A DNA stretch of 63,742 nucleotides, the filler included, from Choristocarpus tenellus KU-1152 (lineage: Eukaryota; Protista; Phaeophyceae): assembly GCA_964200185.2 (NCBI GenBank). It is 10 parts of 10 records of this genome, joined end to end, with 100 filler letters (N's around TTAATTAATTAA, not from the genome) between each part and the next. Parts side by side here need not be neighbours in the genome. Positions count along the whole stretch, not along the records: positions 32,433 to 36,173 come from CAXNAD020018201.1; positions 36,274 to 39,442 come from CAXNAD020021810.1; positions 39,543 to 45,710 come from CAXNAD020008780.1; positions 45,811 to 53,146 come from CAXNAD020006313.1; 6 more parts are not named here. One strand, written 5' to 3'. The position numbers and the translations under genes are program-made. Positions 32,548-45,917 of this stretch are shown here, one piece after another; position 1 is the first letter of the stretch, and every line of letters starts with the position of its first letter. The notes under the pieces are model-generated. The model made no database searches. It had not been told where the DNA came from and saw only the letters and a list, made by a program, of their open reading frames with translations.

Positions 32548-32814
32548 CCATTTCCTATTGACTCTAGTTGTATCTTGTATCCTATAGTAATACTCCTATA
32601 AGTAACAAAATATATAGACATATTGACATTTCTATAAATTATATTCTATTTTTCTATTTAGAGACTATAAAGACTACCAAAAATAAAAATTGACTATGAA
32701 CACATTGTCTAGTGCTTCGTGTTGGGCGGGTGGTTGAGGTGATTTGTGACTTCAAGATCTATTTAAACCCATATATTACTGACTTCAAGATCTATTTGAT
32801 GTATTTTGACACAC

Positions 32815-32815
32815 C

Positions 32816-32853
<38 letters not shown>

Positions 32854-33005
32854 AAAATACTCAAGTTTAAAAATTCCACACACAATTATATATATTCTTA
32901 CATCAAGGACTAGCACAACACCTCGTGGACATGGTCCGGACATACTAGACATACTGGACATACTAGACATACTGGAGATACTAGACATACTAGACATACT
33001 AGACA
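32815..33005. repeat. (CAA)n microsatellite (32815-32853) and 9-bp tandem CATACTRGA x7 (32939-33004)
   Basis: Direct read of the sequence. The 9-bp repeat explains the spurious MSSMSS ORF. Confidence 0.85.
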
Positions 33006-33402
33006 ATGTTTAAACCGGTTTGGTTGGCGGAGATGGACATGGACATGGACACATTAAATGATGGTGGGATCGGTTCACCTAGCAGACACCTAGCAGACGG
33101 GACCACTTCAATTTGCCGGTTGGTGCAGTTAAAGGTCCTGTTCTTTCATCTCCAAGGCAAGAAAAAGAAAAAACTACTCAAATAATAATAATAATAATAA
33201 TAATAAAAACAAAGACCGACAATCATCTATCACAACTAAATTCTAATTCCACACAAGTACTACACACTCTAAAAATATATATATATATTATGCACCTGCA
33301 CATCACAAAATCGTGTCAGTAACAATCAGAACAGTTTCAGTAATAATAATAAAAACAAAGGTAGTGGTGATATAATATGAGAACACTAGAAAAAATGCTT
33401 AC

Positions 33403-36130
33403 CTCCATTTCCGAGGCTCTCTCCTCCTCCCTCTGCAATTGCATGGCCAACTCCAAGTCTTTCTGCTCCTGTCTATAGTTTCAAACACACAAGAAAAAGA
33501 TATCAATATACCAACAACCCTTATTTTTAATACTCTCATCTTCAAAGGATAGAAGTACATAAACTGGTTTCCCATAACCTTGTGCTTTAACCCTGCTGAG
33601 CCCCCCCCCCCAAAAAAAAAAGAAAAAAAGTGAAGGGTATCTACAGTCCGTTCCAAGATGAAGTTCATTGTGCTTGTCTCCAGAATTACCATTCTAATAA
33701 AAAATATAGTGCCAGCATGCCATCAACACATGTTTTATTAATATTATTATTACTTTAAATGACAATAATAATAAAAAAATAAAACATAAATGTAAAGGTT
33801 ACCTGAGTGTGTCTGACTCATCCCTTGCATCGTTGGCGTTATCTCTTGATTGAGCAGAGGTGTCACTTCCATCATCCTCAGACCAGGCAGCTTCTTCCTC
33901 CTTCCATCCCACAGACACAAACACACCAACAACAACAACAACACACACACACGTGCATTCACCGTATAGAGGATGAAAAAAATGATTAAAAACAAGACAA
34001 GTATACCTACTATCCTATGGGAGGGTGTGTTTGCTATTCAGAACACAAATCAATAATGTTAAAAAAAAAAAAAAATATATATATATATACATACATATTT
34101 TTTATTAAATATATTATGTATATATGTATCCTATACAAAATCATGTCACATCAAGATATACCTCATATACACACACTGAGTGAGCACTCACAGCAAAATT
34201 TTGAAAAAAAATCTTCAACTCAGAATCTCTACACAGTGGAATTATCTCACTATTACAACAGTTACACTAAAATAAATAAATAAGACAAAACTGGGGTAAT
34301 ACACACTACTAGTAAAAATAATAATAATAACAAATATCAAAATAAAATAGCCCACATCATCCACCTCATCTAGACTCAAACCGTCCATAATGATACATCT
34401 TCACACTCCAAAGCACTAACAACATCTAGTACCACATACATGCCTCTTGTAATGAGGGGGAAAGGAGAGGATACCAGAGTGATGATCATCAACTACACAA
34501 AAACAAAATGATGGTCGCCTACTATAACAAAACTTTAGGTTCATCCACTCATCCTGAGAACATAACCATCAATCAATTGACCATTGAGCACAAGTGACAT
34601 ACCATACAGCAAGTGACATACATTATCCTCATCGCCACGATCTCAATAGTTAAAGGATATCTCCCCACACACTTCTGACACGAGGGACTCTTTCTTGATC
34701 ACCACAAATAATCACCACAAATAATAATACAGTACATCCTCACTTAAGCATACACATACTGTACATACATACCCACCTCTGCCCTCCCCTCTCACTCAGA
34801 CTACGTACATCATCTTGTACATCATCTTGTACATCATCTTGTGACATTGTACCTTGTCTTGTCATTTTTGGAAAAGCAGCTGACTGCACCTTCTTCAAAG
34901 TACAATCTTGCAAAAGAAAGATCATTGTTTTCTCAGTTTTACATTTAAATTGTACACAAGCATACCCTATTTTGTCCAAACACATACCCACATGTTACAA
35001 TAATTATAGTAATAATAATATTATTGGTATTAATATTAATATTATTATTACACAAAAATATGTGTCACCTCTTCTGCGTTCTTAGTGGGAAGATCTCCCC
35101 AGATGTCAGCATCAGTGAGTTCAGTTAGACCCCAATCATCACCCCCACCCTGTTCTTGTTGCTGGTCAAGTGCCACTTGCTGTCCTTGGATAGCAAAGGG
35201 GTCCCAAGCACCTACCTGAACCTGTGTGCAGATAGGGATAAGTGTCAACATGTAGAGCATACTTTTATATTCTCTATATAATATTCTTATAATATTTTAA
35301 ATTGCAATTTACGATAGTACTAGTAATGATTTTTAAATTTTGAGACATGCAATGGTACCAAGGTTGACAAGGTACTGAGGTATAAAGGAGTACACCACAA
35401 TAATATAAAAAATAATAATATTAATAATTAATAATAATATTAGAGTCACAAACACACTTTTATGTCAAAATAGCATATACAATCTACACATAAACATACA
35501 GATACATGAAGAGCTAAATGCACATAGTGCACTTCAAACAAACAAGCCCACAAGTATCACAAAAGACAAACCACTAGAGAGATTCTCAAACTACTACTCA
35601 AGTATCAACTACTTACATGAAGAGGACAAAAGGAAACACATTACATGTTAGTAGTTACTGTCCACATTTACCACTTGAAGTAATACCTTGAAGTAAAAAC
35701 CACTTGAAGTAATACCCATAAAAAAGTTCCACTTACTTCATACTTTACCAAGTACTGCAGGTAAAAACATACTAATGACAAACTAAAACTGAACCAACAC
35801 CACACAAGAAGCAAAGGAGAACCAACAACAGACTGCCAAACTAGTATTATACAAACTAGCCTCCAACCCACTCTTCACAAAAGACTTCACTTATCTTAAC
35901 CTATATTAACTTGCAGTTCATTCATCTTGCAAGAAGCTATACTCTCATTGCCTATCTAATCATCCCAAACACAGATTACAATCTGTTCTTATCAGTCAGT
36001 CAACACTAAGGGGAAAAAAGTATTACAATAAAATAAAAAATAATAATAATAATGTAAATACTACTGTTCAGCATACAACCTCACCTGTCCACCACCATCA
36101 GCACCAACACCTGTGTTAGCAACGCCTCCA
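33403..36130 (-). CDS. Partial spliced gene, acidic low-complexity protein with an MIU/UIM-like motif; exons ~36130-36085, 35221-35069, 33900-33803, 33472-33403
   Basis: Four GC-richer islands in AT-rich DNA with AG/GT ends and compatible phases (0,0,2): GGVANTGVGADGGGQ / VQVGAWDPF...DDWGLTELTDADIWGDLPTKNAEE / EEEAAWSEDDGSD...DTLR / QEQKDLELAMQLQREEERASEME. Confidence 0.65.
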
Positions 36131-36947
36131 CTGAAAGGACCCCAACCCCCAACCACCCCCCCCCCCCCCCCCCNNNNNNNNNNNNNNNNNNNNNNNNNNN
36201 NNNNNNNNNNNNNNNNNTTAATTAATTAANNNNNNNNNNNNNNNNNNNNNNNNNNNNNNNNNNNNNNNNNNNNCCCACCCCCCAGATACTTTGGGTCATG
36301 CCGCCAACGTCCAATGGAAAAACGAGAAACTCAGGGTCTCATGAACATCTCTTATCCCAAATCACATGCAATTTGACCCCCAAATATTTGAAAATAGTAA
36401 CCCAACAAGAGACTGATGAGAAAAAATATGTTAAGCAGGCAGGCAGTAGGAACCTAGAGAGTGAGCATGCGTTTTTAACTGGTTGAGTTGCCCTAACTGC
36501 TCCTTTAACACGATATAAATTGGTTATCACGGCTTCTCTGGCATGCCACTTATTGTCCTTCCTTGTATCCTCCCCCTCAGCTATGACCCAAGAATTCTCA
36601 TGATAGTTTTGCAAACACATCCATCCACCGAGTACTTCCCCTCCTACCCTGCTTCCACTATCCATCCGCAAGTTCACCAAGCATCAACACCTTCGGTTGT
36701 TGTGCATCCCTTATTTCGTGCAACTGGCCCTGTGAACTATAATAGTGTCCGTTTTTGCACAGTGGCGTCGACACTGTCACGTCCTATCTCTTACAAGGGC
36801 ATCTTTGTATATGATAGGGTATGGTCAGTGTTCTCGTTTTCTAAATCTGACAATCAGCAAAGACAATTTAACAATAGGTTACAACTATGTCATGTCCGTG
36901 CTGCATCGACACTATTTAGTTACATTAATAACTTGATTTATTTCCTA

Positions 36948-37131
36948 GACCTAAAGTATCTGTTGGAGGTGAAAGTCTACACCAGGGTGTCTATTTGGGA
37001 CAAAACCATAAAAGTGCACCTACATTATCCATCCGACGTTTGCAACCAAATCACCCAAAAATCACGACATGAAAAAATTGACCCCAAATGGACAGCCACC
37101 ACCCCCCCCCCCCCCCCAGATACTTTGAGCC
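36948..37131 (-). mobile_element. G-tract MITE (family B), complete copy
   Basis: GACCTAAAGTATCTG ... C-run CAGATACTTTGAGCC. Termini of the same family occur at 32433-32453, 36274-36297, 61201-61224 and 63643-63742. Confidence 0.75.
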
Positions 37132-37699
37132 CTGATCACTCTATGATTGTGCAGTGTCAAGCAAGTCTACCGAACTATTTTCACAATCTGTTCACTGCTC
37201 CAACACAACTCATTCTTTTATTGGTACATGCTTCCTGTTATCGGCTTGCCTTACTTTGGTCACTGGAACCAGAGAAGGAGTTCTCCCATAATCCCTACTA
37301 TATGAGAGTGCAAATACCTGTTCATATTAATGACAAGGTACTTTCGATATTTACTTCGCTACTGCATAGATTAGAGACACTGGGATTATTTTCTGGGTAT
37401 TGTGTGCGTCTCTAAGCAACATAGATAAGTAAACCCGTACATATATTACTCTAGATTTGTAAACAAGAACTTGATATACAATTCGAAGCAAATTATTTTA
37501 TTATTACGCCCTTTGAAATTTTGCAGATATGTCAGGGGAAAAACTAAACAAAACTATTCACGTGTCAGAAAAATTCCTAAAAAAGTAATAGTTGTATTAT
37601 TATTATATATAACTATATATATTCTGCTTCTTCCTAATAAAGTACAGTACATATCCTGAACACCTTCTATTTCTCCATATACCCTGATCACGATACAAT

Positions 37700-38600
37700 A
37701 ATTGACATACCTATCAGTTGCATGAGAGGCACACAGAAAGAAATAGTTACTAATTTCATTGCTTGTGCTCATATTGCTCCAAAATAAGTAATATTTTGGA
37801 AGGGGTTTGAAGATCCGAGCCAATTCAGTCACACTTTCTTGCACCAGTTGGGCTTTGGCACTTCCTCACCAGAAAGGCTAGGTCGGGGCTAGGCCCCCCC
37901 CTCTTGTGTTTCGGCACCAAACTTGCTCTCCTCTATTTAGCTGACCCCCAAATCCTCTCCATGTTCGAATCCTTGCCTTTCTCAAATTATTCCTGACTAG
38001 ATTGATGGAGGCTTCTTTCCGAGAGCTGTTTAAATGAGCGGACCTAACGTCTGCCTTTGTTCTCACAAAACAGGTACTGTCACCATAAAAGGTACAGTAT
38101 CTGAGATTCTGAACACCAAAAATGGCGCTGTGTGAGCACCACCTTGAATTGACTATATTGGTATGGTCCTTCATCGCCTAAGTAACCTCTTTCTTGGGTA
38201 AATTCGGAGTTTATCCCCAGTAAAGGGATCTAGCATTTGGAGACAAGTCCGGCATTGATGTAATCCACAAACTGTCTTTACTAAGTGTCCTATCACTTCC
38301 CCCCATATTCATGTTCAACTCAAACTATCAAAGACAATTATCATACCCTTCGTCTACATAATCTATTTCACACAGTAAAATTAGTTCTGGTAATGTGTTT
38401 CATCATTTTTCACTAAATATTGTGCTGGAATCCTGTGAACATTCTTTCCAGAAACCTGATCAACCTTATATGGAGTTGGTCCAAAGAACTCTCTCTTAAC
38501 CAGACCAACCTTGATCTCAGTGCAGTCCTATTATTAGTCCTCTACCGCATCTCCCTCTCCATCACTCGATTGCCTCTTCTGGTCCACCCCTGACTCAACT
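37700..38600 (-). mobile_element. Possible highly decayed non-LTR (LINE) RT relic
   Basis: LCEIDYVDE near 38350-38375 resembles the LxxLDYADD motif. There are many stops, so the call is weak. Confidence 0.3.
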
Positions 38601-39232
38601 CCTGCAGATTATGAACCAATGTGTGTTGTAAACCCAAACAGGTAAAACTCGTATGTTGGGACCTCAACGTCAAAAATCTTACTACCTATTTATCATTTGG
38701 CCTAGCGGCCCATGTTCACCTACCTACACACCTCAGGCCAGGCTACACCTACACATCAACACATTGCACAGATTTTGAAATAAGATGCAGTACAGAGTCT
38801 GTAAATAGCTCATTATTACCAGATCGGATACAGCTGTTGTGGAGCACTACAAATGAAACCAAAGGTAAGGGTAGCTTGTAGTATTGACTGAGTAGGGGAC
38901 ATCGAGTATACCATAACCCTCAAGGGTTAGGGTTCCATCGGCACACAACCAGCATCATGTATCACTATTCTCCCACTCATCATCCCGAATTTCCACACTA
39001 GGTGTAGGCTGTGCCACCACTGAGTTAGGTCCCTTAGCTACATCCGTGAAGTACCCAGGCCCAACAGCTGTAGGGTCTGAAGGCAAAGGCTTTGTCATAG
39101 GGCGTCTTGAGCTGTCAGAATACCTACGGTTGCAGCGGTAGGGTTAGGGTGCGTGCGTGACTCAACAACAGTGAAAAAAAGGAAGAGCAGAAGCAACATA
39201 ATACTCAAGAGCAACCCCCCCCCCCCCATCAC

Positions 39233-39396
39233 CTTCGTAAGATGTCATCTCCAAACAATAGCTCTTCCTCGGGGTCAACACGACGAGCCAGCCCTGGGAT
39301 CAGTAATACCCAGGCTGCGGAGAGAAGGACCAGTGGTGGGACCATAATCAGGAGAAGTGGCCGCGCCAGACGCTGAGCTTCACGCCTTGCTGCTGC
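39233..39396 (-). CDS. Isolated probable exon encoding a TM segment, unknown gene
   Basis: Poly-C tract and tag|AAARREAQRLARPLLLIMVPPLVLLSAAWVLLIPGLARRVDPEEELLFGDDILR|gtgatg. Confidence 0.45.
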
Positions 39397-39949
39397 CTAT
39401 GAATGCAGGGGGGGGGGGGAAGAACAGCAACATGGCAACATGNNNNNNNNNNNNNNNNNNNNNNNNNNNNNNNNNNNNNNNNNNNNTTAATTAATTAANN
39501 NNNNNNNNNNNNNNNNNNNNNNNNNNNNNNNNNNNNNNNNNNCCTCAGTGGTGGGGGGCGCTCTCTCTTATTATCTTATTGCACACGTCAGCAGACATAT
39601 CAAAATGTGCCCTACCGTTGGACGTACTATATCACTTGTCCTGTGTAACTAGTACTACGTCAGTAATCCTCCATAAATCCACTTCTATCAAATAATAAGA
39701 AATCAATCATCCGAAATTTGAACCTATTACACTAAGCACACGAAAACAAGTCACTGACACTTATTCCAGTAAGTCGACATTCCTGTTGTCTAGTAGTGGT
39801 CACTAAACACGTATAAACCATATAGGCTACCAGCCTATATCGCACAGCATCAACATCAGGCAATGGTGGACCTGATGAGCTCGCCCAAGGTAGGGCTGGA
39901 GCCTTTATCATGGTCCCATGGGGCCCGAGTGGTGAGGTGCGACCTACTA

Positions 39950-40500
39950 CTAAAGTGAGTATCAGCCAGGTGCATATGCAATTCGGTCACTCTGTCATGA
40001 GGTAATGGTACATAGGTATGCCAAGGATAGTGGAATTTACTTAACTGAGGAGTGACAACAGTACTGCAAGGGGTACGCTATTGGCAAGGCTCATCGAAAA
40101 CCAGTACCGAAGATAACACAGAGTTAGTCTGACTGACGGTTGGGACTGGTGTTCATAGATGTTAAAGAAATTTATGTTCCCAAGACTTGTGTATGCAAAT
40201 GACTTGATTAATTTCTTATTGTGCTGACCAAGTTGTACATGAAGTAAGGTGAAAGGAAGGTGAAAGGAAGGAGTGAACCTCAAAGATCAAGGGGGGGTTG
40301 TCACCTTACTATTCGTACTATAATAACTCGTCACTCATTCTCTGTATCATTTGCTACAGTCTTCCCTTTCTAGGATTCTTCTGTTGTACTATAGTAACCC
40401 GGATAATATTCTCATGGTCACTCAACAGAAACCTTCCTATCAATTATACCGTTATCGAGCCATGGTCCAACAACTGATCAATTGTCCTACAGAACCTTTT
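39950..40500 (+). mobile_element. Ty1/Copia relic: GAG-pre-integrase fragment, polypurine tract and start of 3' LTR
   Basis: HMQFGH...YCKGYAIGKAHRKPVPK (HxRxGH...CxxCxxGKxxRxP type). PPT AAGGGGGGG at ~40289-40297 is followed by TGTCAC. The LTR end was not located. Confidence 0.55.
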
Positions 40501-40863
40501 ACACACGAATAAAATGCATAATCTTAATAATAGATTTGAGCGGACCGTAGCCAAGGGCAAAAACAGCCTGGGTGGATACCTTTACGAGATGCTGATGGTT
40601 GTTCCCGAGGGCGGTGCATGTGGTTACGATGCCTCCTGGTCGGGTCTGGAGAAGGGCGACTTCTCTCTCATGGGTAGCGCTCGTTTTGGACTTGACCTTG
40701 TCAAGGTCGTGCTCGGACGTGGCTTTTTTCTCTGGTGTGACCACAATGTTTGCAACTCATGTTATCTCTGTGACGGTGGAGGAGTAGGCAAAGGACGTGG
40801 CGAAGTAGGAGGCAAAACAACGGGAAAAGGTGTTAGCGTTAGGAGGCAAGGGATGAAGTAGAG

Positions 40864-41121
40864 GAGTGAAAGTATCTCAGAGGGTACGAGTTTGCCCTGT
40901 TTGTCCATTTGGGGCTTGACTTCCCTCGAGGTGTGTATGATGTTTTACCTACTTCAAAAGATTTCGGAGTTGGTAAAATGTATACGTTATGAAAAGGTGT
41001 GTCCAGAACAAGGATATTGACACTTCTTAACAAATACGATTGTCAAAATTACATCAAAATCGCAACATTGGATATTGGCCCCCAAATCGACGCGACTCTA
41101 CCCTCTAAGATACTTTTGCTC
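40864..41121 (-). mobile_element. MITE family A copy, TSD AGAG
   Basis: agag|GAGTGAAAGTATCT...AGATACTTTTGCTC|agag. Confidence 0.88.
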
Positions 41122-42044
41122 AGAGGTTGGTGAGAATGAGTAAGTGAGGCAGGATACAGAGGAGGAGGCAGGGGCTGATGAAAAGATAGATGGATTAGAG
41201 TACGTGCGACTCGTTATACTTAGGCGGAATATTCCAGTCCATAAATCAGGAAGACAAATAGGGCTTGTAACATAGGGTGAAGAGGATGCGTATAGGACTA
41301 TAGTACATGAACCGCGACATAATTTCCCTTCTTTTGCCGGGTTCTGTCGATCGGTACAACACAGCGAAAGTGCGAATCAATCTGTTCGACGAGCAACTTC
41401 GCAACATATAAAACCGGAGAATCCTGTGACAATGTTCATTGTCAAACTGTCCAACGTCGATAAGATCTATGAGGGTCTAGGTTGTGTGTTTGGGGTAGGG
41501 AACGATGTTTGGACGTTAACGTATGGCAATGTTGTACAATGATGTAATTGCTTGCCTCTGTGTTCGTCACTGGTGTTCAGGGTATCGCCCTCAGAGTATT
41601 TGACGATGTTCAGGTATTTTGTACCCTCCTCCACATCCTCCCTCAACACGAGGTCCCTTTTCACCTGTGGATTTTATGGGGTAACATTAATGTGCACGAT
41701 CAGGGCGTTTATTGTGAGGTGGTTTGATACAAACTTAAATACGGTAGACAGATGAGATGATGAACCTCACACTTCGTTGAATACCTCTTCGCTGAGGACG
41801 TATTTTTTCTCTGGAGGATCCTCTTCTGAAGACCCTGTTGAGGAGTAATCGGGTAGGAGTCTATCCCGAGCTCGTCTTTCCTTTTGAGGTTGTTCATGCC
41901 TTGTATGGTGACCTCCAGGACAGCCCTCTTGATGAGGACATTCTTCGTGAGCATACGTCTTATGTATGCCAATTGGACTTTCCGGGGTTGGGATGCCCAC
42001 TCCTCCTCGGCCTGGGTGTCAGACGCAGGGTCTGGATCGCTGAC

Positions 42045-42303
42045 GAGTGAATGTATCTTGGAGGGTACGAGTTTTGCCCTGTTTGTCCATTTGGGGCTTG
42101 GCTTCCCATGGGTTATTTTATGACATTTTCCTACTCCAAAATGTTTAGGAATAGGTAAAGTGTGTGTGTTATAAAACGTTGTGTCCAGAACATGGATATT
42201 GACACTTCCTAACAAACACGATAGTCAAAACTGCATCGAAATCGCAACATTGGATCTTGGCCCCCAAATGGACACGGCTCTACCCTCTAAGATACTTTGG
42301 TTC
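42045..42303 (-). mobile_element. MITE family A copy, TSD TGAC
   Basis: tgac|GAGTGAATGTATCT...AGATACTTTGGTTC|tgac. Confidence 0.88.
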
Positions 42304-44127
42304 TGACCCTTGGTCTGTTCTTCTTCCCCTTTCCCCTTGCCTTCTTTCCTTTGTCCTGGTCGGCCGAGGGCCATTTGTTTCGGACGCCCCTTAGAGTGTG
42401 GGAGAACTGTCACGGAGAAGGACATGGGTAGTGGAACGGTAAGTCACATGCATGACATGGGTGTCTGTCTCGTGAGGCATGGCATGAACTAGACGTAAAC
42501 ATTGTGTCGGTTGCAGGGTCAGCAGGGGGGTATATGCATATACATCCATACGTTACTTGAATCGTCACGGTCAAAGATTGACTTACCCATTCCTCTGGAA
42601 ATGTCTCCGTCCTGACAACATACGTCAACGAGAGTGCGTCAGTAGGCAATTTTTTGGCTTCCTGCTCTGAGAAGACGTGCGCAACCACCTCGACAATGTC
42701 GCACCAGAAATGGCCTTGGGAGTCTCCCCTCTGAGGATGGCTCGGCTCCAACAAGGACATCAGTGCACATTCTTGCGAAATACTGCTCCTTGACCTCGTC
42801 TGTGAGCTACATGTACTTCAAATGTGCGATGGTGCGTCGTTTGAAGACTGGTAAAAAGCGAGCGTAGAGGATGCGGAGGATTTAGGGTCAACAGTGAATC
42901 GATCAGAGAAGGATTACCAGGGGATGTGCACAGCGCAGCAGAACCCTATGGACTTTGGGTTCTTTGGAAACTGATGGCCTTTCCCGTTCGACAGAACACA
43001 TCAAACTCCTTCATTACTGTCTGCCCTATGTCAAGTGTGGCGTCATGTGGGGACAACATGGTTGGGAATGTTTAACCCACCTTCAACCTGTAGGTGTGTG
43101 TGAACCCCCCGCTGTTCTTAAGGGTTCAATGGCAGCGTCCGGGTTAGCATACCACAGCACAGTGAACATGTGAACCGCTCTAAAGTCGAATTTGTCCTAG
43201 TCAGGTGTGCGTTGGGTGTGTGGAGAATAAGGAGACATGATCAGGACAGAAGAACGTGGGAGTGGGAGTGGGTCTGTTGGTTAATGGCGTATATCATAAG
43301 GTCGATAGCAATACACACGTATAAAACGTCAATTCAAGCTCAGTACGCGAAGGCAAGGGTTACTACGGTGTTGTTGGACCGTTAGTGATGGGGTATTGGA
43401 CGTACAAATGTGGGGATGACTGCACCGCGCTTACACTTGACCCGTCGCGCTTCTTGTGCTCTCTCCACACACTGAAAAGGATTTCCTCCAGTTCTTTTGT
43501 GTCTGGTGGAAAATAGGGAGGGGAAGAAAGGGATCAGGTTGGTTGGATCACCGACACGGAATTAACATGGATATGGGCGACGAAAAGTAGGCTATGCTTC
43601 ACAATCGTTTCACGAACCGTTTCCTGTGAAAGGAGTCGTGAGAGATCTCACCTTCTCCCGTGCATATGTACACAAGGGTGGCAATCGCGTTGAAGAACTG
43701 GATGGAGGTTTGGTCGGTGAGTCTACTCATCCCAGCTTCCATGTGTGTATCCTCCCAAGCTTCTTTGAGGAATGCCTTTATCTTTGCAGCTACCCTCCTC
43801 TTAATAGCCGTCTTTAACGCGGCGTCGGCACTCTGGAAATCTTTTTCTCCTAGACAGTGTTGGTTGCACTTGGTGATCAATATTGTCTTGCGCATGCAAC
43901 GATCAGAGTCCTCCTCCGTTTCCTGGATGTAGGGGTGGGACCTGTCGCAACTTGAAGCCACGCCTATACTCCAGGATAGCGGCAACCGAAGACACCATCC
44001 AATGGAGTATGTCGAGAATGTTGGGCACATGCGACCTACTCGCCGCCACACTCTCTCCTATCGAAATGGATTCAGCCTTTTCACGCCTGCAGTGTCGATA
44101 GATCTTCCACATGAAGCTCCTGTAATT

Positions 44128-44416
44128 GAGCTAAATTATCTTAGAGGGTAGAGCCGCGTCCATTTGGAAGTCAAAATACAATGTTGTGATTTTGATGTAA
44201 TTTTGATGTGATTTTGGCTATCGTGTTTGCTAGGAAGTGTCAATGTCTATGTTTCGGACACACCTTTCATAACGTATACATTTTACCTACTCCGAAACAT
44301 TTTGGAGTCNNNNNNNNNNTTGAAGTCGGAAAATGTAATAAAAAAGCCCATAGGAAGTCAAGCCCCACAATTGGACAAAAAGGGAAAAATTCATACCCTC
44401 GAAGATAGTTTCACTC
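44128..44416 (+). mobile_element. MITE family A copy (contains a 10-N gap)
   Basis: att|GAGCTAAATTATCT...TTTCACTC|att. Confidence 0.85.
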
Positions 44417-45600
44417 ATTGCCGATCCGTAGGTTCGCTCCGACGTCCGAGGCCCATTGCGTTGTGATGTGGGCCGGGAGGTTGATGCCACGTGAGATATT
44501 GTCCTCCTTCGCGACGCATTCGATTGTCCTCAGAACCATTATGCAGTGTTGTCCATTCAGGCAAAATAAGAGATAAATAAGAGATGGTCGCTGTCGTCTT
44601 TATCCCTATCGTCGCCATTCTCGTTTACGTCCAGATTGCCGTTGGCGATGAGTTAGCAAGTAGTTCGCCATTGGGCACACTAGAGGGCACGTTTGCCCTG
44701 CACATGTCGGCTTTGAGGTCGCTTACGGTTTGCCATCTCGAGCACAGTGAAAAAGGTCGCCCGCTCAGGATCCCCGCGAGCCTATCGGTGGCAACCTGTG
44801 GGTCCAGCCCCAGCTTCGAGAACATCAACTCCACTCTACTGTTGTCAAGAAGATTGGTGTTGTATCTCTGTGGCAAGAAGTCAGATGTGGTCAGGTCTAT
44901 CGTACGTGTTGTGCTGAGGTTCGACGTGATCAAGTCTGTCGTCTTTTGGTCTTCATGATTCCTTGGGCCTCCAGCCGACTGTCTGTGAAGGTAGGGAAGA
45001 AAATGTGACGGCAACGGTATCAGCAAACGAGAAGGATATCGACATAGGGGTGGGTGCTATTGTTAGGCGATCACAGCAAGTGTATTTTTATACAGTGATA
45101 GACTATGTGATTAATGATGACGGGATCTGTACGGAGTGCAAGGTTCGTGTCCATGTGTGGGCTATGCAAACGTGATATGAAAAGGGCCTAGCGATGCTGT
45201 GGACATGAGGATGGTGTAGCGTTTTCCTTGAAGGCCACTATTTGCTAACATGTATCGAACGGTAAACCCTGCCGACATGGGATGAATATTGAATATGAGA
45301 ACGCACCAATACCGTACGCAGACGGGAAGGATTTACGTGCCGACCAAGATAACATTTAGAGAGGGCAATCATGCACAGGTTTGTGCTTGACATCGGGCAG
45401 ATAGTAATTAATAAATTTGATGTGTTCTGTTGAACGGTAAAGGACATCAATATCCAAAGCGCGGCAAGACGGTTGGGGGTGTGTGTGTGTCCATTTGAAA
45501 TAGTAATCCTGAGCAGGAAAACGTTTCGTCGAATCGCCAAAGTGAAAGATGAAGATGAAAGGAATTTACGCGACGACCTGGGTTAGATGTCGGGAGGGCA

Positions 45601-45710
45601 GAGTGCAAGTATCTTAGAGGGTACGAGTTTTGCCCTGTTTGTCCATTTGGGGCTTGGCTCCCCATGGGTTCTTTATGAAATTTTAAAAATAAAAAAAGGT
45701 TTTGGAGTAG
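45601..45710 (-). mobile_element. MITE family A, partial at contig end
   Basis: GAGTGCAAGTATCTTAGAGGGTACGAG... Confidence 0.85.
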
Positions 45711-45917
45711 NNNNNNNNNNNNNNNNNNNNNNNNNNNNNNNNNNNNNNNNNNNNTTAATTAATTAANNNNNNNNNNNNNNNNNNNNNNNNNNNNNNNNNN
45801 NNNNNNNNNNGCAAAGAATTGCACCGCATCTGCCCCACATGCGTTGCTGCCAACCAGTCTGCCACCTAGTCCTCACTAGCTGCCGCGGGCAATCGCAATT
45901 TTGGTGCAGCATCTTCC

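Larger units (their letters stand above)
40500..45600. pseudogene. Array of decayed intronless ORFs of unknown family (EVE or unclassified TE), interrupted by MITEs
   Basis: Protein-like fragments on the minus strand (41709-42040, 42410-43060, 43599-44112, 44420-45026) and the plus strand (45240-45590). 42960-43040 is an inverted paralog of 45385-45465. Confidence 0.5.

Noticed and set aside
36543-37415. 290-aa ORF
   Set aside because: It reads through a family B MITE and a poly-C run, and has no recognisable domain.
41335-41365. VLYRSTE match to the 42.9/45.4 kb paralogs
   Set aside because: It is a short match that does not extend on either side and implies a conflicting strand. Likely chance.
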